DNA from: Octopus bimaculoides
Lineage: Eukaryota
NCBI RefSeq assembly: GCF_001194135.2
Contig: NC_068986.1
Coordinates: forward strand, 38,984,524-39,048,523
Direction of reading: 5' to 3'
Length of the DNA stretch: 64,000 nucleotides
Below, one piece after another: positions 52,878 through 64,000 of this stretch (positions are counted from its first letter, which is position 1; the number at the start of each line of letters is the position of its first letter). Both the position numbers and the translations under genes were made by a program. A model generated the notes under the pieces. It did no database searches, was not told the DNA's origin, and worked only from the letters and a program-made list of their open reading frames with translations.

Positions 52878-54127
52878 GGGTGCGTAACATATTTGAAGAC
52901 ATACCTTTTTGGGGTCATTGCTGCATTTTTTGCTCACTCTGTATAATCTTTGTTTCAGAAAATAGTAATGGCAGACCCTCAGCTTACTCAAGAAATGAAA
53001 AAGCATGCTGTTATTGTGGTTATAAAGGTTGAGCATAGCGATTTAGAAATATCTCGATTTTTAAAGGTTGTCAGATCTTTCGTATACAAAGTTTGTAAGG
53101 TGCTAGAGACTGAAGATGGAAATGTATCACCAGTATCGAGGCATAAAAAGCATTCTAAACGCTCTGAAATCATCAGAACACCTGAATTTATCCAGCAAGT
53201 TCAACAAACCATTGATTACAATCCCAGAAAGTCCATGAAGTCAATTGCAAAAGATCTGCATGTATCAGAAGGAACAGTCAGAAATGTTGTCCACGAAGAA
53301 AGACATCAAATATAAGTCTTATATGATGTCAGAAAAAGCAAAAGAAAATCACTACATCAGATCTAAAAGGCTCTTAAACAGAAAAATTCAGCAGAAGATT
53401 TGATTTTGTTTTTCTCAAAAGAGAAAAACTTCGACCAAGATCAAGAAGTTAACAGAAGAAATGACAGATGGTTATGTGCAGACCCTTCTGAAGTTCTCAG
53501 TGTAATGCATACAAAATTTCCTGCAACTGTCATGGTTTTAGGGGTTGTCAACAATGAAGGACATGTGAAGCCTCCTTACTTCTTTCCACAAGGCCTTAGA
53601 GTTAACACTGNNNNNNNNNNATGTGAAGCCTCCTTACTTCTTTCCACAAGGCCTTAGAGTTAACACTGCCACCTACATTGAGGTCCTGGAAATAATTGTT
53701 AAGCCCTGGATAAACAGTGTATGCAAAGGAAGGCCATATGTGTTTCAGTAAGACTCTGCATGGCTCTAGTAACACAAGAATAGATGGCTGAAAATTTTCA
53801 TTATCACATAACCCCTAACATTTGGCCTCCTAATTCCCCATATCTCAAGCATTGTTGAGAGAGAGGTCGATGAACACCCCCATAACATCAAAGATTCTTT
53901 GAAAGCTGCCATAGTCATAGTAATGTCCAAAATGAACCAGGACCACTTGATTTGAGCATGCAGATGATTTAGGTTTCATATCAAAGCAGTTGTTGAAGCT
54001 GAAGGTGGCTTTACTGAGTAACAGTATAGAAAAGAAGGTTTATTTTTATCCTCATTGCATTTTTTGATAACTATATATCTGTTTTTTTATAAACATAAAT
54101 TTGTCCACAAATAGCTTACACACCCTG
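52878..54127 (+). mobile_element. Second copy of the maT (DD37D) transposon, nearly full length, inactive
   Basis: TIRs cagggtgcgtaa and ttacacaccctg+TA. Colinear with 1-1198. Multiple stops and frameshifts, plus a 10-N gap. Confidence 0.92.
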
Positions 54128-55394
54128 TATATTAGAAACCATGCCAAATCAGACTGGAACCTGATGCAGCCCTCTGGCTTGCGAGTTCCAGTCAAACTGT
54201 CTAACCGATGCCAGCATGGAAAGCAGACATTAAATGATGATGATGATGATATATATAGATAGCAGTCTCACCAGTTTGAGAGGGCTTCTAAAGTTCATGA
54301 GCATAGACTCTTCTCTTCTGACTAACTGAAAAAAAAGAGTAAAGCATATATAACAGAAACAACGATAGGGAGATGTTTGCCTTGAGGGGGATTTTTCGAG
54401 CTGTCAATCCAATAATATCTCATACATTGAAATTCTAAATATGCCACTGCCACCATCAGCAGCAGCAACAGNNNNNNNNNNTAGTATCTAAAGTTAGGTC
54501 TGTCATGCCTCTGGGGATGGTAGAATTTTTGAAGTGGGCGTCATTAATTAATACATTCCAAACGAAGTATAGGGTTTATTGTTATTGTTTTTGAAATACC
54601 CTGTGTTGTTATTATCATCTATGGTATTGTGTAATCCACCCTTCTGGGTTATGCTATAAAGTAGGGTGAACATTTGTGGGCCTGGATTAGAGTCAAGAGG
54701 ATGGTGACTTGACAAAGTTTCAGATTCACTCATTTAATTTTTTTTTCTTTTTTTGCCTGGGGTTTTATATAGAAGGATAATTTTTCTCTACATCTAGATA
54801 GTTTTTCTGACTAATTACCAAAGCTGGATATATTTCAAGTCAGTAAGAAGTCTCTATGTGCTTTCTTTATATGCTAGAAATAGGTGCTAAATTTCTTTTC
54901 AAACCATATGTTACCATTGTGTAACAGGGCATATAGTTAACAAACTTGCATTACAACAATGTGATTTTAGGTTCAATCCCACTGAACACTACCTTAGTCA
55001 AGTGTATTCTACCAAAGCCCCAGGCTGACCAATGCCTTGTGAGTGAATTTGGTTGATAGAAACTATGAAGAAACCTGTTGTGTGAGTGTGTGTCTGCATT
55101 TGACCCCCCTCTCACCACTTGACAACCAGTATTGGTTTGTTTACATCCACATAACGTAACAGTTCAGCAAAAGCGACTAATAGTATAAGTAGCAGATTTT
55201 AAAAAATAAATACTGGGATTAGTTTGTTGGACTAAACCCTTCAGGGCAGTGCCCCAGCATGGCCACAGTCCAATGACTGAAACAAGCATAAAAAGAAAAG
55301 GAGATTGTGTAATCCCAGATATTACATTACATATCTCGTAGTCTGGCTGGCTGTTGCGGCACCACTTTTTACTTTGCAACCAGATCCCTCCACC

Positions 55395-55860
55395 TGTCTC
55401 TGTCTTCTGTCTTTCATGCTACATCTCTCATCTTTAGGCCTGTCCACTCACAAATGTTGTTTTCCCACCTCTTTCTCTATCTGCCACCTTTGACTGTTCT
55501 CTGAAGGATTTTTTTGGCCATCCATGATGGGTGGGTGACATGGCCAAACCACCTGAGGTTGCGTTTCTTTACTGTAGTAAGAAGTTCCTCATAGGGCCCT
55601 ATTGCCTGCCTTATTCCTTTCACTTTCTCATTTGTGACATGATCTCTGTATGATATTCCCAAAAGTCTCCTGAAACATTTCTTCTCTGTAGTTTAGATAT
55701 TTCTTTCAGTTTCTGTTGTCAGTGTCCATGTCTTTCAAGCATACAGGAATATTGAGATCAGTAGTAATCTCATCAGCCTAATTTTGGAGCTCAGTGAGAT
55801 ATTTTTGTCTTTCCACAGTGCTCTGAATTTGGTCATTGCTGCTGTTGAGATGGTCATAAT
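55395..55860 (-). mobile_element. RTE-type LINE 3' fragment
   Basis: KIRLMRLL.ISIFLYA...CFRRLLGISYRDHVTNE...LLTTVKKRNLRWFGHV. Confidence 0.85.
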
Positions 55861-57650
55861 TATAACATCTTGATCAGAGATGACCTAGAACTGACCAACA
55901 ACAACAGAAGCTCAACAGATTAATTATATCTTATAAAGGTAGATGGCTGGCAAAATTGTTGGCATACCGGACAAAATGTTTCGTGGTATTTCATTCGTTT
56001 TTACATTCTGAGTTCAAATTTCATTGAGGTTGATTTTGCCTTTGATCCTTTTGGGGTTGATAAAATAAGTACTGTTGATGTAATCAGCTTACCTCCTCCC
56101 CCAAAATTGCGGGCCTTGTGCCAACATTTGAAACCATTATATCTTATTATGACATTGATATTTTGCGACATTATGCAAATATAATAGGAAGCCCTGAAGT
56201 TCTCAGCAAGCTGAGTTGGTAATGCAGGTTCAACTTCTGGTTGTGCCAGTTCATTTCATTCACTTTCTAAGCATGTCAATTACTGCTGGAGGGTGGGCTG
56301 ACTTGACTTGCCCTTCAAAGTACATGAAGACGAAACCTTCAAGTCATGGCAATTCGTTTTGGCTTAAACCCTTTAGCTTATTCTGCCAAATGTAATGGTT
56401 ACCTATTTACATTGTTTTGAATTAATTATGCGTTATCTAATAACTTTGAAATTTTGATGATGTGATTCTATATTTTTAGAACGACATTGTAAGGTAGGTG
56501 TGAATGATGAGATTTGAGCGGAAAACAGGCAGAATGTTTCGACTGGATATAGCTGCTTTGAATGCTAAAGGGTTAAGGGGCAACATTTTCATTTCTCTTC
56601 TCAATTATTACTACTCACCCTTATAATGTCAGATAACTGTGTATCTCTTCTATAGCAAGACACTTGCTCTTGTCCTTTTATTATACTTTAAGCTCTCAGC
56701 ACCTTGCATAAAGCCAACCCCTTTCCTAATACCCCCCACTACCAACATTTTTTCATGGGAGCTTTTCTTTCCTTTTCTTTTCTCATCTTGTAACTTACTT
56801 TGTAAACTTACTAGTGTTGATGGTACAAAAAAAGAATAGCACCCAGTACACACTGTAAAGTGGTTGGTGTTAGGAAGGGCATCCAGCAATAGAAATCATG
56901 CCAGAGCTAATACTGGAACTTGATGCAACCCTGCAGCTGGCCGGGTCCTGTCAAACCATCCAGCCCATGCAAGCATAGAAAATAGATGTTAAATGATGAT
57001 AGCGATGATGATGATGACGGTGACGGCAATGGCAACAATGATGTATATGATTTAATGCCTGTTACTCTGTTATCTATGGGCAGCATCGATACAGGATTTC
57101 TCATGTTCATGTTCCTTTGCTTTGGAAAGGAGCATATGCATTACAAATATCAGAAATGAGCCTCAAATCAGGGAATCGAAATCAGGTTGTCAGAAGATAA
57201 CTCCCACTCTCTACCATATGACACACAGACAGTCACATACGTCAACAATTATCCTTGATTATGATTGACTGAGAATTCACTAATTGTGACACTAGCAATA
57301 CAAATTTCGCTTAATGTTCTGAATTGTTATCTGAAAAAGTATTGATAACATTCTAACATTACTTAATTACAAGGCAATGAACTGTGTTAAATTATTTTGT
57401 TTGTATTGTTTTGCACTATTATTATTAAGGCAATGAGCTGGCAGAATCATTAGCATGTCAGGAGAAAGGCTTAGCAGTATTTTGTCTGTCTTTTCTGAGT
57501 TCAAATTCCGATGAGGCTGATTTTGCCTTTCATCCTTTTGTTTTCGATTAAATAAGTTACACTCTGGGGTTGATGTATTGACTTAAACCCTTCCCCCAAA
57601 TTTCAGGCCTTGTGCCTACAGAAGAAAGGATTATTATTATTATTATTATT

Positions 57651-57921
57651 CAGTAGTTTTATTTTTATAACGTGCTTTCACTTCACTACCGAGCGCAGCT
57701 CTGTGCGCCTTGGGTATGTGCTGTGGTTTGCTGTGGTGCTCTTATGTTTACTGTATTGAAAGTGTTTTGCGTAGGATGTGTGCAGTACCCAGTAGTGCAA
57801 TTTTCTGTATGTTATATATATTTGTAAGTCCTGGTATTTTTGTTATGTATTTGTCTGAATATTTTTTTATTATACCTAAGGCACCTACTATGATAGGAAT
57901 TGTTTCTGTTTTTAGATTCCA
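57651..57921 (-). mobile_element. R4/Dong-like (REL endonuclease) LINE 3' end abutting (TAA)n
   Basis: Uninterrupted frame WNLKTETIPIIVGALGIIKKYSDKYITKIPGLTNIYNIQKIALLGTAHILRKTLSIQ*, with the (TAA)n tract at 57630-57650. Confidence 0.8.
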
Positions 57922-58509
57922 ATCTGAATCTTTGTTACAGTCACTTGCTGGTTCACACCCAGCGTCCTGAGGTGAGTGAAGGATAAGAGATGTTACAGAA
58001 TGACTGAAAGCTTAGAGAGGGGAGGTAGTGAAATACCTTTATGTAATACAATGCAGACATTTAAATGGATAGGGTTTTTCTAAGGATGTGGACAGTACTT
58101 GTCAGCACAATCTTTTGGATTTCTCTGAGACATGGTTCTCCTGAGATCTTATCTAGATGCTGCTGACATCCCTCTTTTATCATAACTAGGGCACCTACAA
58201 TAACAGGAACAGTTCTTGCGTTAAGATGCCACATCTTTTGTATTTCAATTTCAAGGCCAAAAATTTGGGGAGAAGGGGCTAAATAGTTACATCAACCAAT
58301 TGCTTATTTTATCAACTTAAAGTTGATCTAGCAGTTTGAACTCAGAACACATGCTGCTGAGCATTTTGCCCAGTGTGCTAACAATTTCATGAGCTTGCTG
58401 CTTTAATAACAATAATAATCCTTTCTACTATGGGCACAAAATCTGAAATTTGGTGGTTGGGTGGGGTTTAAGTTAATTACATCGATCCCAGTACTTTGCT
58501 GGTACTTAT

Positions 58510-58750
58510 TTCATCAACCTCAAAAGTATGAAGGGAACACTCCATGAAAGACACAAAGAAGCTGATCAAGTACAGAGATCTGGAGACTGAAATTAACATA
58601 GCATCAGAGCACAAAATATGAAGACTGAAAGATGGGTCATGAATATGGGAACAGAAAGGTTCACTAGTTGTATTCTGAGCAACATCAATATTCATGCAGT
58701 TCAGAAGATCACATTTCATGGAACAGCTATATTTTGTACTGACAATGAAG
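58510..58750 (+). mobile_element. Older R4/Dong-like fragment
   Basis: KLIKYRDLETEI...VQKITF.GTA, frameshifted. Confidence 0.55.
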
Positions 58751-59306
58751 TGTTATCCACCCTGTAGCACTTCAGGTTCTGTGGGCCTGAGATGCTGTAC
58801 GGAGCTGGCTCTACAGGATATAAAACAGGAAGTACAATTTGGCGGGGAGGTGGGGGTGGGGGCTAATCAATTACATTGACCTCAGTACTCAACTGGTACT
58901 TATTTTATCAATCTGGTTTACCAACTCTTGTCAAACCATTCAACCCATGCCAGGATGGAAAACAGATGTGAAATTATGAGATCTGGCCATTGTGCTGTTT
59001 ATGTTAAAAAACAAGGGGAAATATTTCCGAGGGAGAAGCAGATGAGGATTAGTAACAGAAAAGGCATCCAACTGTAGAAAATCTGTCTCAGTGAATTTCA
59101 TCTAGCTTGTGAAAGTATGGAAAAGTGGACATTAAAATGGTGATGAGGACAGTGACAGTGGTGGTGGCAGCTGTTGTCATTGTCACAAATTTTAAGGAAA
59201 CTAGGAATTCAACTGATGAAAACATTAATATGACAAGAAAAGATAATGAAGTCGAACTAAATATTATTAATAGATTTAGTATTATTAATTCTGAATTCTT
59301 TTTCAG

Positions 59307-59372
59307 TTGGGAAAATGCCTATAGACAAGAATTTACAAATTTTGAGGATAATGGTGAAACTGGAGAAGTTTG
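59307..59372 (+). CDS. EEF1AKMT2: EEF1AKMT2 coding exon 2 (WENAYRQEFTNFEDNGETGEVW, 66 nt)
   Basis: Acceptor ttctttttcag and donor TG|gtaaga. The peptide matches the W-x-x-x-Y-x-x-E-x-x-x-F-x-x-x-G-x-x-GE(I/V)W motif of METTL10/Efm4. The next exon (expected to start FGE) was not found in the window. Confidence 0.92.
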
Positions 59373-59593
59373 GTAAGAAAATCACATATCAACCTTTTGT
59401 ATTTTTTATTTATCTTAACATGAGCTTGTAGTTAGTGCATATGTGGCTGTGTGGTAAGAAGTTTCCTTCCAAACTACATTGTTTGAGGTTCTGCCCCACT
59501 GTGTGGCCCTTGGGAAAGTTTCTTCTACTATAGCCTCAGGCCAATCAAAGCCTTGTGAGTGGATCTGGTAGACAGAAACTGAAAAGAAGCCTA

Positions 59594-59595
<2 letters not shown>

Positions 59596-59684
<89 letters not shown>
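59596..59684. repeat. (TG)n microsatellite inside a SINE
   Basis: Direct reading. Other TA/CA tracts near 12570, 16165, 17530, 19106, 20150, 23215, 24540 and 43719. Confidence 0.95.
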
Positions 59685-59686
<2 letters not shown>

Positions 59687-60889
59687 CATCATCATTGTCA
59701 TTTAACATTTGTTGTCCATGCTATATGTATGTATGTATGTATACATGTGTGTGGGTTACTGTCTCTTTGCTTTGACATCACATGATAGTTGAAACCAAGT
59801 GTCACCCTTATGCAAGCGGTGTCCTTCTAATCTTCCATGGAAACATAATACCTTACTTGGAAACAAGTGAGGGTTGGTGACAGGAAGGGGATCTGGCCAT
59901 AAAATAAATCTAACTCATCGAATTCCATTCAACCCATGCAACCACAGAGAAGTAGGCATTGAATTGATGATGATAATGATGATGATATTCAATTTTCCCA
60001 TGCTAAACATTTGTCTCTGTAGTTAGAAATACTTTATCTATCTTTGGTTTTGTCCATTTCAGCAAAATAAGCTTACAAAATAGTTTTCTTTTTCAGTAGT
60101 TTAAGGCAGAAGAAGATGGTTAATACCTATAGCCCCCACCTCTTTCCTCAGGGTTTCTGTGACTAGTGGGAAAATATGGAGGACATTTTCCTTAGACTGG
60201 AGACCTGGTTCAAATGCACTCAAAAAGGCACTCAAAAGACATGGTGGTGTCAAACCATTTAATGAATTAAGCTTACCAACCATGGGTTACACATTACCAT
60301 CACTATCTGTATCAGTTTACTGCACTTTATAATGGTATTTATTTATAGTTAAGAGGGTCTGGGCATTGAGAATTTAATGACCTTGTAAGCCCATCTGGTG
60401 GTTTTTAAAAGAAGAATGTTTTTTATAGGTATGATAATTTAATTTATTGAACGGTTAGTACTAGTTGCTCTATCACCCCCGATCTCTACTCCTTTTATAA
60501 GCTGAGAACCATGCTGTTTAGTCTGTTGGAATGTGAAGTATGATCTTTAACCAGATGGAAACATAGTATGGCTAGGAAGGATCTGTGGGTTGCATCTTAT
60601 GCACTGATTAATCCTGTGACAATCTGGACATATTGCATTCTCTCTACTCTCTAATGAATTTCTGTGTGTCTATTGTTATTGTATATCTCCAAATCAACCC
60701 TGATTAAGTAGACTTACTATCAAAGGCATTGAAACAATGACCATCCTATCTTTATTTCATACTTTGTTGTTTTCCTTTTTTTTTAAAGCTGGCAGGATAT
60801 GGTTGAGGGAGATTTGGTTGATATTTCTTGCAAGTTAAGAAACTACATAGAGAAATTAGATTAGTAGCTTCCTGTCAGATTACACTAAT

Positions 60890-61270
60890 GCAGCCTGTGC
60901 TGATGGAGCTTCTCTCTCTTGACCCACACTCTATCAACTCTTCTGTACCCAAAGTTCAATTCTGTCGCCCATTCTTTTCCTTTTGCACATCAATGACCTA
61001 CTTGCTCTCACCTCCTGTGACGCCTACTGTTTTACAGGTGATACCACCTTTCAGTTTTAACCTTTCCCATGCAACCTAGACACCTTACACCAAATCTGCA
61101 CTGATTCTATGAACAGGGACCTTAAATGCACCCTCTAATGGAGTCATGTCAGCTGCATTTCCTTTAACAGCAAAACAACATAAGCATTGCTCCATCTAGA
61201 AAGCATCACCACACCTCATTTCACTTAAACAAGAGCAATACACTAGAAGAACCCTTGTGATCACCACATG
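60890..61270 (+). mobile_element. CR1/L2/Jockey-group RT fragment
   Basis: INSSVPK(G)SILSPILFLLHINDL followed by a decayed YADD-like region. Confidence 0.75.
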
Positions 61271-61279
61271 TGCTAGTCA

Positions 61280-62417
61280 CTAGCTGGTGTACCCGGTAAT
61301 TCCTGGGAGTAAAGACGTTCTATTTAAACGCTTATTACTCTGATATAAAAAAGCAATTTCATTATAACTGCCACAAAAGGTGTATTTTCTGTCATGAAAA
61401 GTACAAAAAAACTGTCAGCTGGAGGAAGGAGAGATTGTCGGAGGTTGGCGAGAGGGGTTTTTCGGAGGTTGGCGAAAGAGACTGTTGGAAGTTGTCAAGA
61501 GGATTTCAGAGGTTGACAAGAGAGGTTGTTGGAGGTTGGCGAGAGAGGTTGTTGGAGGTGAAAAAGCTGGATTGGAACACACTTATTAAATATGTTCTGG
61601 AATCAAAAATTTATCTACTATCATCGAAAAAGTTTAACTGTAAAAATGCAGAATTATCAGAGTTATGGGCATTCAAAGTGTAATCAAATTTAATTGAAAA
61701 TCCTGCATGCATTGCCAGCATTTAGTTATTTGGAGATGTTGAAACAATGTCTATTAATGCAATGTCTAAATTAATTACAGCAATATATATAATAGTTTAG
61801 TTATTGAAGTAGAATAGATGATGAATAATTGTTTGATTTAGTAAATATCAAACATTATGAATTGGAGACTTATTGAGATCGCCATTGCCGCATTAGAGCA
61901 GCTTGTGAAGTAGAAGTACCCACTTGTACTCTTACTCGTCGTGGCATTTTAAAGGTTAACTTTATCAAGGCTAATTTATTAAAGCTAATATATAAATGTA
62001 GTATATATATATAAGCGCAAAAAAGTATGTATGTATATAAATGTATGAATGGAGTCTTTATGGTTTAGCAGTTCAAAACTGTGAGTAGTAAAATGTAGAA
62101 TTAGGTTCACTGATTGTGAGAATCAAATATTGATTACTTCACTAAAAACTGACAATTGTAAGTACAGGTGCTGTGGGTTATTTCCCTTGGGTGTTTAAAT
62201 AAAATATATTAGTTATATGTAGTAGATATAATGATCCCTTCCAGGGGCCCTGTTATCGATTTTTTTTTCAACAATCTAAGTATGTCACGAGGTTTCCAGA
62301 CATGAGTTCTACTCATATCAAGTTTCATCAAAATCGATAAAACGATGTAGGAGGAGTTAGCTGACAACTCTACAAACAAACACATCCACAGACAGAATTT
62401 CCCACATATGTAGTAGA
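61280..62417 (-). mobile_element. Non-autonomous Helitron (deletion derivative)
   Basis: On the minus strand it starts TC after a host A (62418) and ends CTAG before a host T (61279). Subterminal hairpin at 61292-61307 lies 8 nt from the CTAG. Retains a short MPRRVRVQVG... ORF start near 61945. Confidence 0.8.
61435..61560 (+). repeat. Degenerate ~23-bp G-rich minisatellite (ggaggttggcgagagaggttgtt) inside the Helitron
   Basis: Five to six diverged units visible. Confidence 0.7.
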
Positions 62418-64000
62418 TTACTATCATTGTATTTTTGTCACAGTGAGCACATATCCTTAACATAACTATGGCTGCATCACAAATCAAGCTCTTCTCTTCA
62501 GAACCGAAAAGTATTTTAGTTTTTCAATAACTATAAACCCTCCACAAAGCTCTGATGGGGTCAACAATAGAGACTTTTTCCACATTTGGTGCAGTGCTGC
62601 CGCTACATACTCAAAGGCTACTTGACTGGTTGGCATGAAGTCACTTGCCTTCTCTAATATGGCTGGTTTTGTGCCATCTCTATGCAAGCTCTCTCAATTT
62701 ATTGTCTCTTCTTCTCTCATCAGCTGTATTATTACAAGCCCTCTCTCAGGCCCCTACTACTATGTCTAGTGCTTCCTTCCCAGAAAGTTGATCCTCTGGA
62801 ATTGACACCCTGTATGCCTTTCTTGCAGTTGCCAACTTGCAACAGTTCAAGCAGAACATTAACAGTGCTAGTTTCACAGGCCTTCTGAGATCTGTGAAAG
62901 CTAAGGACACTGCCCCTTCCTTCAGACCCAGCTAATGTCAAAAAAAAAAAAAGAAAATCTCAGTATTTCAGCTATTATCCTAGTTGGACTAAAACTTTCC
63001 CAGCTTTTATGCCATCATAACTAATCTCTACAACTGGTTTTTTGTTGTTCAGTCCCATGTCAGTTTTGACTGAGTAGACCTAGGATGGCTTTTTTTTTAA
63101 AGATGGTAGTGTGTAATTTGAGGAAATTCAGTCTCTGTTTCATGCTGACTCCTTTGATGCTTTCTTGGTGTTTCCAGTGAGTGTAGGTTTTCACTATCAT
63201 CATCATCATCATCATCATTTAAACGTCTGCTTTCCATGCTAGCATGGGTTGGACGATTTGACTGAGGACTGGTGAACCGGATGGCTGCACCAGGCTCCAG
63301 TGCTCATATTTTTCATTCAATAACTCACTTTTATATACATTTTTCTTTTCACATTTTCTGGGAGCTAAGTATTCCAGTATTGTTTGAGCACACTTCTCAC
63401 TGTCATTCTGATTCATGCAAATACTCTTAAAATTCAAACTACTTCATGTGTCTCACCTTTAGAGTGCTGAACATTTTGCTCACTGCCTACCTTCAACTTG
63501 TTATGACTAAAAAACCTGATATTTTGTTTCCTGTCTAGCTTGCTCTTTTCCAATCCAGAATAACTAAGGATATAAGCAGACATAAGATTACTGAAGTCAT
63601 CTTTATAAATAGATAATCAGTACAAATAAACAGACACCAGAAACTAGTTTTTGTCTGCATGTCTCCACAGCATACACTTGTTTGAACTTGCATACTTTAG
63701 AAAAATAAATATCTTTGTAACAGTTATTTTCACTAGAATATAAATCACACTACCATCATTGTGACAGATGCTGGTAATGTGTGTAACTGCATGTAGCAGA
63801 CTCTTTCCTTTAGGAAGTTGATATTCAGATCTGATGTTAATATTCTTGAAAAAAGTGGTGAGTTAAAAGAATTGATAGAGGATTGGACAATATATCTTGT
63901 AATAGTTGCCACAAGGCAGCAAGCTAACAGAATCGTTAGCATGCCGAGCAAAATGCTTAGTGGCATTTCATCACCAAGGTTGACTTTGCCTTTCATCATT

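Noticed and set aside
53563-53668. 48-bp direct repeat either side of a 10-N gap in the maT copy
   Set aside because: Typical unmerged contig overlap. The other copy at 1-1198 has this sequence only once.
59125-59306. N-terminal part of the 83-aa ORF 59125-59376
   Set aside because: Only 59307-59372 is exonic; the upstream part is SINE tail and intron read-through.
63814-63857. Exon-like 44-nt segment (ttcctttag...G|gtgagt) as EEF1AKMT2 exon 3
   Set aside because: It encodes WKLIFRSDVNILEKS rather than the expected WFGE... motif and would shift the frame. At most a cryptic exon.

Overview
AT-rich eukaryotic genomic DNA with six N-gaps. The dense tRNA-derived SINEs, RTE/CR1/R4 LINE remnants and TA/CA microsatellites suggest an octopus or other coleoid cephalopod (inference). 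Two conserved spliced genes, not identifiable from the ORF track, are arranged head-to-head about 10 kb apart. Rab7 is on the minus strand: non-coding exon near 25220-25290, coding exons 22130-22182 and 9719-9845, remaining exons left of the window. EEF1AKMT2/METTL10 is on the plus strand: coding exons 35808-35854 and 59307-59372 across a ~23.4 kb intron, remaining exons right of the window. Most of the rest is transposon-derived: two maT (DD37D) copies, a rosa-like element with an apparent DD46D triad, mariner, hAT, Gypsy and Tx1 relics, a Helitron deletion derivative with all hallmarks, several foldback MITEs, Penelope-type hammerhead ribozyme cores, and a probable Polinton/Maverick DNA polymerase relic. 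No CRISPR, rRNA or genuine tRNA gene was seen. No database searches were run; family assignments come from motifs read by eye.
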